A stretch of 64,000 nt of DNA from an uncultured Aliarcobacter sp. (GTDB taxonomy: Bacteria > Campylobacterota > Campylobacteria > Campylobacterales > Arcobacteraceae). This document shows positions 21,047-30,907 of this stretch, in pieces; position 1 is the stretch's first letter, and each line of letters begins with the position of its first letter. Both the position numbers and the translations under genes were made by a program. Under the pieces are notes generated by a model. It searched no databases and had not been told where the DNA came from. It worked only from the letters and a program-made list of their open reading frames with translations. The stretch covers positions 800,001 through 864,000 of the forward strand of contig OY781945.1 of the NCBI GenBank assembly GCA_963677435.1, read 5' to 3'.

Positions 21047-21418
21047 TTAAAGTTTATTTTCTTTTTTCTTTTTATAATACTCTTTTCTATACTCTTTGAG
21101 TTCTTCTTTTCTCTTTTCTCTATACTCTTTATCATATTCGAGTCTTTTTTCTTTATTTAATTCATAATATTCTTTTTTCTTATCTTTATATTCATTTAGT
21201 TTTGAAATAATTATATCTTTTCTATTGTCAAGATAATTTTTTTGAGCTTTGATAATTTCTTTTATTTTAAGATCAAAATTCTCATTGTTAAGTTCAATAT
21301 CATAGTCATAAATTTTTTTTACAATTTCTTTTTTTTTCTTTAAATAGTATTCTCTTTTTTTTCTTTTGTGCAATAAAAACTTTTCTTCACGAAGTCTTTT
21401 TAATTCATCTAAATTCAT
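21047..21418 (-). CDS. Hypothetical K/E/R/Y-rich helical protein
   Basis: 123-aa ORF filling the gap between flgG and the SPOR-like gene; repeated KK(K/R)EYY motifs. Confidence 0.7.
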   Translation of the reverse strand: MNLDELKRLREEKFLLHKRKKREYYLKKKKEIVKKIYDYDIELNNENFDLKIKEIIKAQKNYLDNRKDIIISKLNEYKDKKKEYYELNKEKRLEYDKEYREKRKEELKEYRKEYYKKKKENKL

Positions 21419-21435
21419 AAACTTTATTTAACTAC

Positions 21436-22224
21436 TTAGTTTTTTAATCTATTAACAGTATCAAGCATACTATCAGCTGTAGTGATTGCTTTTGAATTAG
21501 CTTCATAGGCTCTTTGTGCAGTAATTAAATCAACCATCTCATTAACTAATTTTACATTAGATAATTCAATCATTCCTTGTTGTACGCTTCCAAATTGTTC
21601 TTCAGTTGGATTTCCTACTAAGGCATCTCCTGATGCATCACTTTGCATAAATAATGAATCTCCTAATGGAGTAAGTCCAGCTGGATTTATAAAATCTGCA
21701 ATTGTAATTTGACCCAAATCCACCGTAGCACTTGTTTGAGGATCTGTAGCAGTTACTGTTCCATCTGTTCCAATAGTTAATTTTGTAACATTATCCGGTA
21801 CAACAATTTCAGGACTAAGTGGATAACCACTTGCATTTACAATTGTACCTTCATTATTTAGTTTAAAAGCTCCATTTCTTGTATAAGCTGTTTCTCCACT
21901 TGGTAATGTTATTTGAAAAAAACCTTTCCCTTGTATTGCTAAATCCAAAGTATTAGAAGTTTCTTTTAAATCACCTTCTGAAAAATTCTTTTGGATTCCT
22001 GAAACTCTAACCCCCAAACCTACATCAATACCTGTAGGATTCATAGTTGTTTGTGTTGTTCGTCCTGCTGTGTAGTTCAATGTTTCATACATTAAATCTT
22101 GAAATTCAGCTCTATCTTGCTTAAATCCTGTTGTATTTACATTGGCAATATTATTTGATGTTACATCGATTTGATGTTGCATTGAGTTCATACCTGTTGC
22201 TGCTGTGTAAAGTCCTCTAATCAC
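21436..22224 (-). CDS. flgG: Flagellar basal-body distal rod protein FlgG
   Basis: SNNIANVNTTGFK, FQDLMY, YTRNGAF, ELSNVKLVNEMVDLITAQRAYEANSK. Confidence 0.97.
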   Translation of the reverse strand: MIRGLYTAATGMNSMQHQIDVTSNNIANVNTTGFKQDRAEFQDLMYETLNYTAGRTTQTTMNPTGIDVGLGVRVSGIQKNFSEGDLKETSNTLDLAIQGKGFFQITLPSGETAYTRNGAFKLNNEGTIVNASGYPLSPEIVVPDNVTKLTIGTDGTVTATDPQTSATVDLGQITIADFINPAGLTPLGDSLFMQSDASGDALVGNPTEEQFGSVQQGMIELSNVKLVNEMVDLITAQRAYEANSKAITTADSMLDTVNRLKN

Positions 22225-22383
22225 GGTATATCCTTAAAAGTTGCATATATTTATTATATTTTAAGAATAATTAAATTTAGATAAAATAGGATATGGTTTT
22301 TTAGATACATTAAGTATAAATTTAAAACAAATTATATATAATGCTTACTAAATTGAAGATATTTATAAAAAAAGGGATAGTTA

Positions 22384-22755
22384 ATGAAAATTCTAATAGT
22401 TGATGATAGCTCTACAATGAGAAGAATCATTGGAAATGTAGTTATGCAATTAGGATTTACTAAGGATAGTTTTGATGAAGCTGAAGATGGTGTAAAAGCT
22501 TGGAAACTACTTAGTGAAGGTCGGTATGATGTTATTCTAACAGATTGGAATATGCCTAATATGAATGGTTTAGAATTAGTTAAAAAAGTCAGAAGTGAAG
22601 GTATGCATCAGAAAACACCTATTATTATGATTACTACTGAAGGTGGAAAAGGCGAAGTTATTATAGCTTTAAAAGCTGGTGTTAATAATTATATCGTTAA
22701 ACCTTTTAATGCTGAAGTCTTAAAAGAAAAACTTGATGGAGTATTAAAAAAATAA
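22384..22755 (+). CDS. cheY: Chemotaxis response regulator CheY
   Basis: VDDSSTMRRII, TDWNMPNMNG, NYIVKPF; single receiver domain. Confidence 0.96.
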   Translation: MKILIVDDSSTMRRIIGNVVMQLGFTKDSFDEAEDGVKAWKLLSEGRYDVILTDWNMPNMNGLELVKKVRSEGMHQKTPIIMITTEGGKGEVIIALKAGVNNYIVKPFNAEVLKEKLDGVLKK

Positions 22756-22769
22756 TATAAGGTATTATC

Positions 22770-23744
22770 ATGAGTATGAGCCAAGAAGAAATTGAAGCTT
22801 TAATGAATGGTCTTGATATTGAAGATGAAAGTGATTCAGAAGAAGCATCAGAAAGTGTAAAAGTTAATACACAAGAAATTGAAGAATTATTATCTCAAAC
22901 AGAAGAATTAAAAGAAGATAATAAAAAAAATAAAAAAGAAGAAATAAAAATAGATGAAGAAGTTATTAAACCTAAATCTAGTTCAAGTAGCGTTGATAGT
23001 ACTGATATTGAAAAATTATTAAGTGAAATTGAAAGTGTAAATGAAAAAAATACTTTAGAAGAAGATGTAGTACCTGTAAAAAGTGAAGCTGTTGTGGAAT
23101 CACCAGCACCAGTAGAATTGAAAAAAGTAGAAGTATCTAATGAAGAAAAGTTAAATAGAAGCGAAGATCAAATAGTTAAAGATTGGACTTCGTCTAAGAT
23201 AAACGAAGGTGTTTTCCCTCTTCCTGCTGAAAAAGATACAAAAGTTGTTAATCAATTAAGTCAAGTTGCAAATGATTCTGAAGAAAAAGTTTCTCAAATA
23301 TTTGATGTATTAAGTTTAACACTTGACAATAATAATGAAATAAGAAGTCAAATAAAAGATTTTGAAACTTTTATTACTAATCAGTCTAATTTACTTAATT
23401 CTTTAAGTACTAAATTCCCGAATATAAAAGTATTTGATGAGCATTTAACTAGTGCAAATAAAATGTCTGATTCTTTAAAAAATTTAAAAAATCTTATTAA
23501 TTCAGAAGATTTAGAAATTTTTCAAGCAATGGAATTAATGCAATTTAATGATATAAATAGACAGAAAATCGAAAGAGTTATGTCTGTTATTAGAAAATTG
23601 TCAATGTATTTAAATAATTTATTTGAAGATGATGGTACAACAAAAGAAGTTGCAATTGCAAAACATATTCATGGTGATGATACAAATGATTTAATTGGCG
23701 ATGATTTAGATAAATTAATTGCAGAATTCTCAAAAAATGATTAA
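22770..23744 (+). CDS. cheZ: CheY-P phosphatase CheZ (Campylobacterota type)
   Basis: MQFNDINRQKIERV (DxxxQ), C-terminal DDLDKLIAEF helix; follows cheY. Confidence 0.85.
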   Translation: MSMSQEEIEALMNGLDIEDESDSEEASESVKVNTQEIEELLSQTEELKEDNKKNKKEEIKIDEEVIKPKSSSSSVDSTDIEKLLSEIESVNEKNTLEEDVVPVKSEAVVESPAPVELKKVEVSNEEKLNRSEDQIVKDWTSSKINEGVFPLPAEKDTKVVNQLSQVANDSEEKVSQIFDVLSLTLDNNNEIRSQIKDFETFITNQSNLLNSLSTKFPNIKVFDEHLTSANKMSDSLKNLKNLINSEDLEIFQAMELMQFNDINRQKIERVMSVIRKLSMYLNNLFEDDGTTKEVAIAKHIHGDDTNDLIGDDLDKLIAEFSKND

Positions 23745-23760
23745 TTAAAAGGAGTAGTTT

Positions 23761-24480
23761 ATGAATCAAGGTACTTATCCACTCGCTGCATCAATGATAA
23801 ATCAGATTAATAGATTAGATCAAATTAGTAATAATTTAGCAAATCTAAACACAAATGGTTTTAAACAAGAGGGTACAACCGAAACTACTTTTAATTATTA
23901 TTTACAAAAAGCTCAGGAACAAAATATTGCTCCTACAAAAATAAATACGGTTACAAATAATATACCAAAAATTGATTCAAAATTTATCAATTCGGAAATG
24001 GGTTCAATTACATTAACTGGCAATAAATTAGATTTTGCATTAAATGATGCAGATACATTTTTTAAAGTCCAAAATGCAAATGGAGATATAGTTTATACAA
24101 GAGATGGTGCTTTTAAAAATTTGGATAATTTTTTAGTAGATTCAAATGGAAATAATATTTTAAATGCTGATAATGAACCTATAACTCTTGAAGATGAATT
24201 TGCTTCACAAATTGGTGTTGTAAAAATACCATATGAAAATTTAAATAAAATTGGCGACAATACATTCTCAATTAAAGATCCTAATCAAATGGAAATATTT
24301 GATAATAATGATAGTTTAATTGTTAACGGTGCTATTGAAAAATCAAATGTAAATTCAGTTATTACAATGGTTGAATTAATAGAAGCAAATAGAAGCTTTG
24401 AACAAGCACAAAAAGCTGTTAAATCAATAGATGATTTAAATGCTTCATTAATAGAAAAAATAGGAAGTAATACTAAATAA
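23761..24480 (+). CDS. flgF: Flagellar basal-body rod protein FlgF
   Basis: ISNNLANLNTNGFK, TGNKLDFAL, YTRDGAF, EKSNVNSV. Confidence 0.85.
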   Translation: MNQGTYPLAASMINQINRLDQISNNLANLNTNGFKQEGTTETTFNYYLQKAQEQNIAPTKINTVTNNIPKIDSKFINSEMGSITLTGNKLDFALNDADTFFKVQNANGDIVYTRDGAFKNLDNFLVDSNGNNILNADNEPITLEDEFASQIGVVKIPYENLNKIGDNTFSIKDPNQMEIFDNNDSLIVNGAIEKSNVNSVITMVELIEANRSFEQAQKAVKSIDDLNASLIEKIGSNTK

Positions 24481-24884
24481 TGGAAGCAAGTAGTATATCA
24501 AATAAACTTTTTGAACAGTTAAATTTTAGAGGTGAAAAACAAAAAGTTATTTCAAGTAATATAGCTAATATTAATACACCAAATTATAAAACAAAAGATT
24601 TAATTTTTGATGATGTGTTAAACAATAAATTAGATAATACTTTAAAAATGAAACAGACTAATTCTAAACATATTTCTTCAATTAATAATAATTCATCTAT
24701 GACAAATCCTAAATTAATTCAAGTTGCTGGTTTAGAAGAACAAAATGATGGAAACAATGTTAATTTAGACACACAAATGGGTGAAATGTCTAAAAATAAA
24801 GTCTTATTTGATGCTATTCAATCATCTATAAAAAGGGATTCTCGATTATTTAGATCAGTTATTGAATCTTCTGCAAAAAATTAA
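24480..24884 (+). CDS. flgB: Flagellar basal-body rod protein FlgB
   Basis: ISSNIANINTPNYKTKDL, DGNNVNLD. Confidence 0.95.
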   Translation: MEASSISNKLFEQLNFRGEKQKVISSNIANINTPNYKTKDLIFDDVLNNKLDNTLKMKQTNSKHISSINNNSSMTNPKLIQVAGLEEQNDGNNVNLDTQMGEMSKNKVLFDAIQSSIKRDSRLFRSVIESSAKN

Positions 24885-24900
24885 TTAGGATAAGTAATCA

Positions 24901-26619
24901 ATGGATCAACTTTTAAAGTTTATTAGTAATTTAAATACTGCTCAAAGAGCTGTAATTATAGGAGGTTTCTCCTTATTATTTATATTATTAGTTGGTTTTT
25001 TAGTTTTTTCAAGTATGAAAGCAGAAGATAAAAAGTTAAATTATACAATTGCTTCAAATTTAACTAAATCACAAGTTATGCTGGCAAGTGACGAACTTGA
25101 AGCATCAGGAATTTTATTTGCCGTAAGTGGAACAGGAAATAGTTTAACTTTAAAAACATCAAAAGAATTTATAAATATTGCTAAAATTAAATTAGTTACA
25201 AGTGAAGCTGCGACTAGTCAACATGTTGGTTGGGAAATCTTCGAAAAATCTTCTTTAGGTACTACAAATTTTGAAAATAAAGTTAAATATTTGCGTGCAT
25301 TAGAAGGAGAATTATCAAGATCACTAGAGTCATTAAATGGTGTTTTAAGAGCAAATGTAAAAATTGCAATTCCTAAAGATACTATTTTTACTGAAAAAAG
25401 AGGTGATACCACTGCATCTGTTATGGTGTCATTAAAACCTGGTGTATTCTTGACTCAAAAACAAATAGATGGAATTAAAAATTTTATTGCTTCTGCTGTG
25501 CCTGATTTAAAACATGAAAATATTCAACTTATTGATCAAGATGGAAGTTTACTTGAACAATCACCTGAAGAGATTAATAATTTAAAATCAACAACACAAA
25601 ATAAATATAAAGAGGGATTAGAAGAAGATTATTCAAAGAAAATTGTTGCACTATTAGAACCTTTTGTAGGGGTTGGTAGAGTTGTAGCTAAAGTAACTAT
25701 AGCTTTAGATTTTGTTAAAAAAGATGTTGAAGAAGAGATATACAATCCTGAGGGAAGTATTCGATCACAACAAGTAATAGAAAATAGTTCTAAATCTCAG
25801 GGTATGCCTTCAAATAATGGAGGTGTTGCTGGAGTTGATAGTAATATACAACAACCATCAACCGCAAATGGAAGTAGCAATATAGCTTCAAATAATGAAG
25901 GTACAAATACTGTAACAAATTATGAAATTTCTAAAAAAGTAATTAGTCAAAAAGATAATAATTATACAAATATCAAACGTATAACTGCTGCTGTTACATT
26001 TGATTCTTCTGTATTGAAAGATATTCAAAATAAAGATGATTTTATCACTTCATTAGAATCTATTGTTCAAGATACAATTGGTTTTGATAAAACTAGAGGT
26101 GACAAAATTACAGTAAAAGATTTCAAATTTATTGGTGTAAAACCTATAGAACAAATTAGTCAAACTGTAGATAAAGATGGTAATGCTATAATTGTTGGAG
26201 ACGAATCTACAGACACCGTAGCAATGATTAAATCTATTTTAAGAGATTTTAGTGAGTATATTCAATATTTAATTGCTGCAATTTTACTATTTATTTTTTA
26301 TAGAAAATTTATTGCAAGTAACGAAGTTGTAATTTTAGGTGATGGTACTAGAAGAAATGTTGATGGAACAGACGAAAATTTAGTTAAAGATATGTTAACT
26401 GATTACGAAAATGAGTTTGATGCAAGTACCGCACAAGGAAGATTAAAATCAAAGGTTAAAAGTCAAATATTAAATAATATTGAAGGCTTAGATGAAGAAT
26501 CAGCTGCAAGATATGAAGTATTTATTGAAGAGTTAGATAAAGAGATAAATACTAATCCACTTGAAGTTGCAAGAATGATAGAGTTGCTATTAAATGAAGG
26601 TAGTGGAACTTTTAAATAA
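24901..26619 (+). CDS. fliF: Flagellar MS-ring protein FliF
   Basis: GWEIFE..LGTTNF, RALEGELSRSL, TNYEISK; two TM segments. Confidence 0.96.
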   Translation: MDQLLKFISNLNTAQRAVIIGGFSLLFILLVGFLVFSSMKAEDKKLNYTIASNLTKSQVMLASDELEASGILFAVSGTGNSLTLKTSKEFINIAKIKLVTSEAATSQHVGWEIFEKSSLGTTNFENKVKYLRALEGELSRSLESLNGVLRANVKIAIPKDTIFTEKRGDTTASVMVSLKPGVFLTQKQIDGIKNFIASAVPDLKHENIQLIDQDGSLLEQSPEEINNLKSTTQNKYKEGLEEDYSKKIVALLEPFVGVGRVVAKVTIALDFVKKDVEEEIYNPEGSIRSQQVIENSSKSQGMPSNNGGVAGVDSNIQQPSTANGSSNIASNNEGTNTVTNYEISKKVISQKDNNYTNIKRITAAVTFDSSVLKDIQNKDDFITSLESIVQDTIGFDKTRGDKITVKDFKFIGVKPIEQISQTVDKDGNAIIVGDESTDTVAMIKSILRDFSEYIQYLIAAILLFIFYRKFIASNEVVILGDGTRRNVDGTDENLVKDMLTDYENEFDASTAQGRLKSKVKSQILNNIEGLDEESAARYEVFIEELDKEINTNPLEVARMIELLLNEGSGTFK

Positions 26620-26633
26620 AAAGGTGTTAAATA

Positions 26634-27644
26634 ATGGCTGAAAGTAATACAAAAGAAAATGATATTCTAAAAGGAATGTCAATGTTAGAAAAAGTTGCAA
26701 GATTTTTTGTATTAATAGGTGAGGAATCAACTGTTAAAATATTTCAACATTTACCTAAAGATACAGTTGAAACAATATCTACTGCAATTACACAAATTAC
26801 ATCTATAAATAAAGATGTATCTTTAGCTGTTTTAGAAGAGTTTCATTTGTACACTAGATCAAAAAGTTTTATTAGTTCTGGTGGATATGATTTTGCAAGA
26901 GAAATTTTATATAAATCTCTTGGAAAAAATGAAGCAGATGAAGTATTAGCAAAATTATCAAAAATGAAATTGGCTTCTCAAGCTTTTTCATATTTGGATG
27001 GAATTAATCCAAAACAATTGAGTGACTTTATCAAAGATGAATCACCACATACAATAGCCGTAATATTATCTCATATGGATCCTAACAAATCTTCAGAAGT
27101 TTTAATGCAATTAGATGAAGAAATCAGAGTAAAAGTTACAATTCAAATTGCAACAATTAAAGATGTTTCTCCGGATGTTGTACGAACTATTTCTCTAGTA
27201 TTAGAGAAAAAACTGGAATCTTTATTATCATCTATTGTTGATGTTGGTGGTGTAAAAGTTGTGGCAGATATGCTTAATAAACTAGGGCCAAAAGCACAAG
27301 ATATATTAAAAAATATCAATGGAATTGATACTTCGCTTGCTACAAAAATAAAAGAGAATATGTTTGTTTTTGAAGATTTATTAAATCTAGATTCTGAATA
27401 TATAATGAAGATTTTGCAAGGTGTAGATACTGCTGATGTTGTAATCGCAATGAAAAATGCTACAGAGGAAGATATGGAAAAAGTTACATCATCAATGTCA
27501 CAAAGAGCAAGAGATAGATTTAAAGAAGAATTTGAGATGTCAAATAAAGTAAAAATTAAAGATATTGAGACTGCTCAAAGAAAAATGTTAGATGTAGCAC
27601 AAAAAATGATAGAAGATGGCATCATTGAGAGAGAGAATGGATAA
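26634..27644 (+). CDS. fliG: Flagellar motor switch protein FliG
   Basis: GGYDFA, ESPHTIAVILS, GGVKVVADML, MFVFEDL, MSQRA. Confidence 0.97.
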   Translation: MAESNTKENDILKGMSMLEKVARFFVLIGEESTVKIFQHLPKDTVETISTAITQITSINKDVSLAVLEEFHLYTRSKSFISSGGYDFAREILYKSLGKNEADEVLAKLSKMKLASQAFSYLDGINPKQLSDFIKDESPHTIAVILSHMDPNKSSEVLMQLDEEIRVKVTIQIATIKDVSPDVVRTISLVLEKKLESLLSSIVDVGGVKVVADMLNKLGPKAQDILKNINGIDTSLATKIKENMFVFEDLLNLDSEYIMKILQGVDTADVVIAMKNATEEDMEKVTSSMSQRARDRFKEEFEMSNKVKIKDIETAQRKMLDVAQKMIEDGIIERENG

Positions 27645-28303
27645 TGGCTGATAATGTATATTCAAGTGCTAAAATTTTGAGTAAAAATGAAGAAGTACAA
27701 AAATATGAATTAGGTACTTTTATTAATAGTAATATTGATAATAATGTTCTTACAAACTCTAAAGCAGTTTTGGATGATAGAGAAATAAATGGGCGAACAG
27801 ATCCTGTTCTTATTGAAATTAGAAATTTAAATTTAAAAATAAATGAAATATCTCAAAAAGTTAATAGCATTGAAAGTGATGGTATTAAAGGAAAAGATGT
27901 TGATGCACAAGTTGTTCAAGCAATAAAAGATTTAAAGAATTATGCTGCTTTTTTTGAACAAGCAACTTTTCAAATGGAAACTAAATTACTAAAAACATCA
28001 ATTTCAATTGCACAAAAGATTATAAGTATTGAAGTGGGTGAAAATTCATCAAAAATTGCACAACAAACTATTAATCATCTTTTAAATAAGATTAAGACGG
28101 CTTCTAAAGTACAAATACACCTTAATCCAAAAGATTATGAAATTTTAAAAGGTCAATTAGATTTAGAACCTTTTATTGAATTAAAAAAAGATGCTAATGT
28201 TACAGCTGGTGGGGTAGTAATTGCTAGTGATCTTGGAAATTTTGATGGAAATATAGAATCAAAAGTTTCATCAATGCTAGATTCTTTAGACTTAATCATT
28301 TAA
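27644..28303 (+). CDS. fliH: Flagellar assembly protein FliH
   Basis: IHLNPKD, GGVVIASDLGNFDG; follows fliF-fliG. Confidence 0.9.
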   Translation: MADNVYSSAKILSKNEEVQKYELGTFINSNIDNNVLTNSKAVLDDREINGRTDPVLIEIRNLNLKINEISQKVNSIESDGIKGKDVDAQVVQAIKDLKNYAAFFEQATFQMETKLLKTSISIAQKIISIEVGENSSKIAQQTINHLLNKIKTASKVQIHLNPKDYEILKGQLDLEPFIELKKDANVTAGGVVIASDLGNFDGNIESKVSSMLDSLDLII

Positions 28304-28340
28304 GATAAAAGAAAATCATTTAACAAATAGTATAACTTTA

Positions 28341-28349
28341 TGATATAAT
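28341..28349 (+). promoter_or_regulatory. Extended -10 sigma70 promoter upstream of fliN-flgD-flgE
   Basis: TGATATAAT about 29 nt upstream of the ATG. Confidence 0.6.
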
Positions 28350-28377
28350 TTATCAAAATAATAAGTAAAGTGTTTAA

Positions 28378-28665
28378 ATGGAAATTAGTGAAAGAGATTA
28401 CGATTTATTAGTTGATACAGAGATCGTTGTAGATGTAATGTTAGGCAGTACAAATATATCAGTTTCAGAATTTCTTAAATTAAGCGATGGTGATATAATT
28501 TCTTTACATAAGGCTGCTGGAACAGGTGGTGAAATTTATGTAAATACAAGAATTATTGGAACAGGTGATATTATTGTAATAGATGATAAGTTGGCTGTTA
28601 GGGTTCAAGATTCTATGGATTCTGACAATGTAGTTCGATATTTCTTCGAAGAACATATGATATAG
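28378..28665 (+). CDS. fliN: Flagellar motor switch protein FliN
   Basis: SpoA/FliN domain: VDVMLG...GDIISL...IYVN..IIGTGDIIVIDDKLAVRV. Confidence 0.88.
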   Translation: MEISERDYDLLVDTEIVVDVMLGSTNISVSEFLKLSDGDIISLHKAAGTGGEIYVNTRIIGTGDIIVIDDKLAVRVQDSMDSDNVVRYFFEEHMI

Positions 28666-28674
28666 GAGATTAAA

Positions 28675-29358
28675 ATGGCTAGTGATATACAAGTAAATTC
28701 TGCGGTTGGTGTAGATGGTAATAGTTATACAACAGCGATAAGTAATGATACTTTAACTAATGATGATTTTTTGAAATTGATGATTCAAGAATTAAAAATG
28801 CAAGATCCAACGAAACCTACAGATTCTGCTCAAATGTTATCAACACAAATGCAAATGTCATCTATTAATACAAATCAAGAAATGATTAAAGCTATGCAAT
28901 CAATGCAAACAGCTTTCTCACAATCTTCTTTATCAAATGCATCTGGGATTATTGGGAAAAATGTAGAAGATGGAAATGTTAATCAATCAGGTGTATCAAA
29001 AGCCTATACAGTTAGATCGGTTGAAAATGTTGATGGAAATATTCAAGTGAAAGCTCAAGAAATTTTGTATCTTGAAGATAGAGTTACAACTCCAGACCCA
29101 ACAGATCCAACAAAAAATGTGATAGTTAATTATGATCTAAATGGTGAAATATTAGATGATCAAGGTAATAAAACAGGTAAAAAAATAGTTTTAACTGATC
29201 CAGGATCTCCATTGGTTAGTGATGGTAAATTAACAATTCTTGATGAAAATAATGAAAAGGTTCCTAATAATAATTATTCATTAGCAGGGGTATCAGTTGC
29301 GGTGTATTCCGATCAATTGACAACTTTACCATTTTCATCAATAACAAAAATATTTTAA
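28675..29358 (+). CDS. flgD: Flagellar hook capping protein FlgD
   Basis: DDFLKLMIQELKMQDPTKP. Confidence 0.95.
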   Translation: MASDIQVNSAVGVDGNSYTTAISNDTLTNDDFLKLMIQELKMQDPTKPTDSAQMLSTQMQMSSINTNQEMIKAMQSMQTAFSQSSLSNASGIIGKNVEDGNVNQSGVSKAYTVRSVENVDGNIQVKAQEILYLEDRVTTPDPTDPTKNVIVNYDLNGEILDDQGNKTGKKIVLTDPGSPLVSDGKLTILDENNEKVPNNNYSLAGVSVAVYSDQLTTLPFSSITKIF

Positions 29359-29367
29359 GGTGAAAAA

Positions 29368-30828
29368 ATGATTGGTGGATTATGGAATGGACTTTCTGGT
29401 TTAACTGCTTTTGAGAAGGCATTAAATGTTGAATCTAATAATTCTACTAATGTAAATACTATTGGACATAAAGCAGATGATATAAAATTTGAAGATTTGA
29501 TGTATCAAAATGGATATGGGAAAGGTACAGCTGTTGACTCTGTAAGTAAGATTATGACTCAAGGTAATTTAAAATTAACTAATAATAATTATGATGTTGC
29601 AATAGATGGTAAAGGTTATTTTATTGTTTCAGATAGACAAACAAATGCTACTTATTATACAAGAGCTGGTAATTTTTATATGGCTGAAGATGGTTTATTA
29701 CAGACTCAAAATGGTATGAAGGTACTTGGCTTGACACCTCAATCAAATAATGTGGTAACTTCAGATCCAACAAAAACAAAATTTGATGACTCATATACAG
29801 AAAATATTGCTGCAAAAACTATTGGTAATTCAAATTTTTTACAAACAATAAATGCAAGAGCAACTGATTACACAACTTCTGCTGTTGATAAAGGTGTAAG
29901 TGGTGATGGATTAAAAACAAAATCTGCACAAATTATTGATATAAATGCTTTAATTGCTGATTATAAAAATAAGCTCGATTTATATGCCACTACATCAACT
30001 GCTGTTTCATCTCCTTCAACTTCTCAAGTGACCAATATTGATTTGTCAACTTCTATGAATCAATTAATAAATGAAAATGATAGTATAAAAGTTACAATAG
30101 ATAATACTGAAATTCGTCAAGCTTTTGATACAGATATTGCAACAACAATGAAAAAACTTTCAGATAAGATATCAAATATTCAAGGTTTAAGTTCATCTGT
30201 TGATACAAGTACAGGACTTTTAACTATTAATTCTTTAATTCCTGCAAAGGAAGTTAAAATAAAAGATGCTCAAATAAACGAAAATCTTTTATCTATTACA
30301 AATACGCAAGATGCAACTCTTGGTTCAGGGGTTGGAGTAGTTAATAGTTCTCGCGAGGCATTAAAAAGTGCTTTAGAATTTTCTAATGCAAAATTATTAG
30401 ATATTACAAATACAATATCTTTAGTTGGCCAAGAATCTTTAAGTGTAAATGAAATACAAATGAAACTATCAAATTTAAATATATCTGAAAATAGTTCTGG
30501 TCAAGTTGAAATGTCAGATGGTCTAATTTTTTTGAAAGATAATGGAAATAAATTTTTAATTGGGAAATTGCAAACTGCAAATTTTACTAATGAACAAGGA
30601 CTCATGCCTCAAGGTGATAATATGTATGAAAATACTGCTGAGTCAGGAAGAGCTTTTTATGCAGGAACCTTGAATAAAATAGTTGGAAATTCTTTAGAAA
30701 TGAGTACATCAAATACTGCAAATAGTTTAACTAATTTATTAGTTTACCAAAAAGCATTTGAAGCAAATTCTAAGTCAATCACAACTTCTGATGAAATGTT
30801 ACAAACAGCAATTCAATTGAGAAAATAG
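29368..30828 (+). CDS. flgE: Flagellar hook protein FlgE, short paralogue (486 aa)
   Basis: GLSGL, NVNTIGHK, YTRAGNF, LEMS...YQKAFEANSKSITTSDEML; follows flgD. Confidence 0.85.
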   Translation: MIGGLWNGLSGLTAFEKALNVESNNSTNVNTIGHKADDIKFEDLMYQNGYGKGTAVDSVSKIMTQGNLKLTNNNYDVAIDGKGYFIVSDRQTNATYYTRAGNFYMAEDGLLQTQNGMKVLGLTPQSNNVVTSDPTKTKFDDSYTENIAAKTIGNSNFLQTINARATDYTTSAVDKGVSGDGLKTKSAQIIDINALIADYKNKLDLYATTSTAVSSPSTSQVTNIDLSTSMNQLINENDSIKVTIDNTEIRQAFDTDIATTMKKLSDKISNIQGLSSSVDTSTGLLTINSLIPAKEVKIKDAQINENLLSITNTQDATLGSGVGVVNSSREALKSALEFSNAKLLDITNTISLVGQESLSVNEIQMKLSNLNISENSSGQVEMSDGLIFLKDNGNKFLIGKLQTANFTNEQGLMPQGDNMYENTAESGRAFYAGTLNKIVGNSLEMSTSNTANSLTNLLVYQKAFEANSKSITTSDEMLQTAIQLRK

Positions 30829-30834
30829 TGTTTT

Positions 30835-30881
30835 TATATTAGTGCTAGATTTTAGTGTTAATATATGAACATTAAAGTTCA
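30835..30881 (+). promoter_or_regulatory. Tandem RNA hairpins in the leader of the second flgE
   Basis: TATATTAGTGCTA-gattt-TAGTGTTAATATA (13 bp, 3 G-U pairs) then TGAAC-attaaa-GTTCA. Confidence 0.45.
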
Positions 30882-30907
30882 TCACCTTAATAAATAAAGG
30901 ATCAGTC

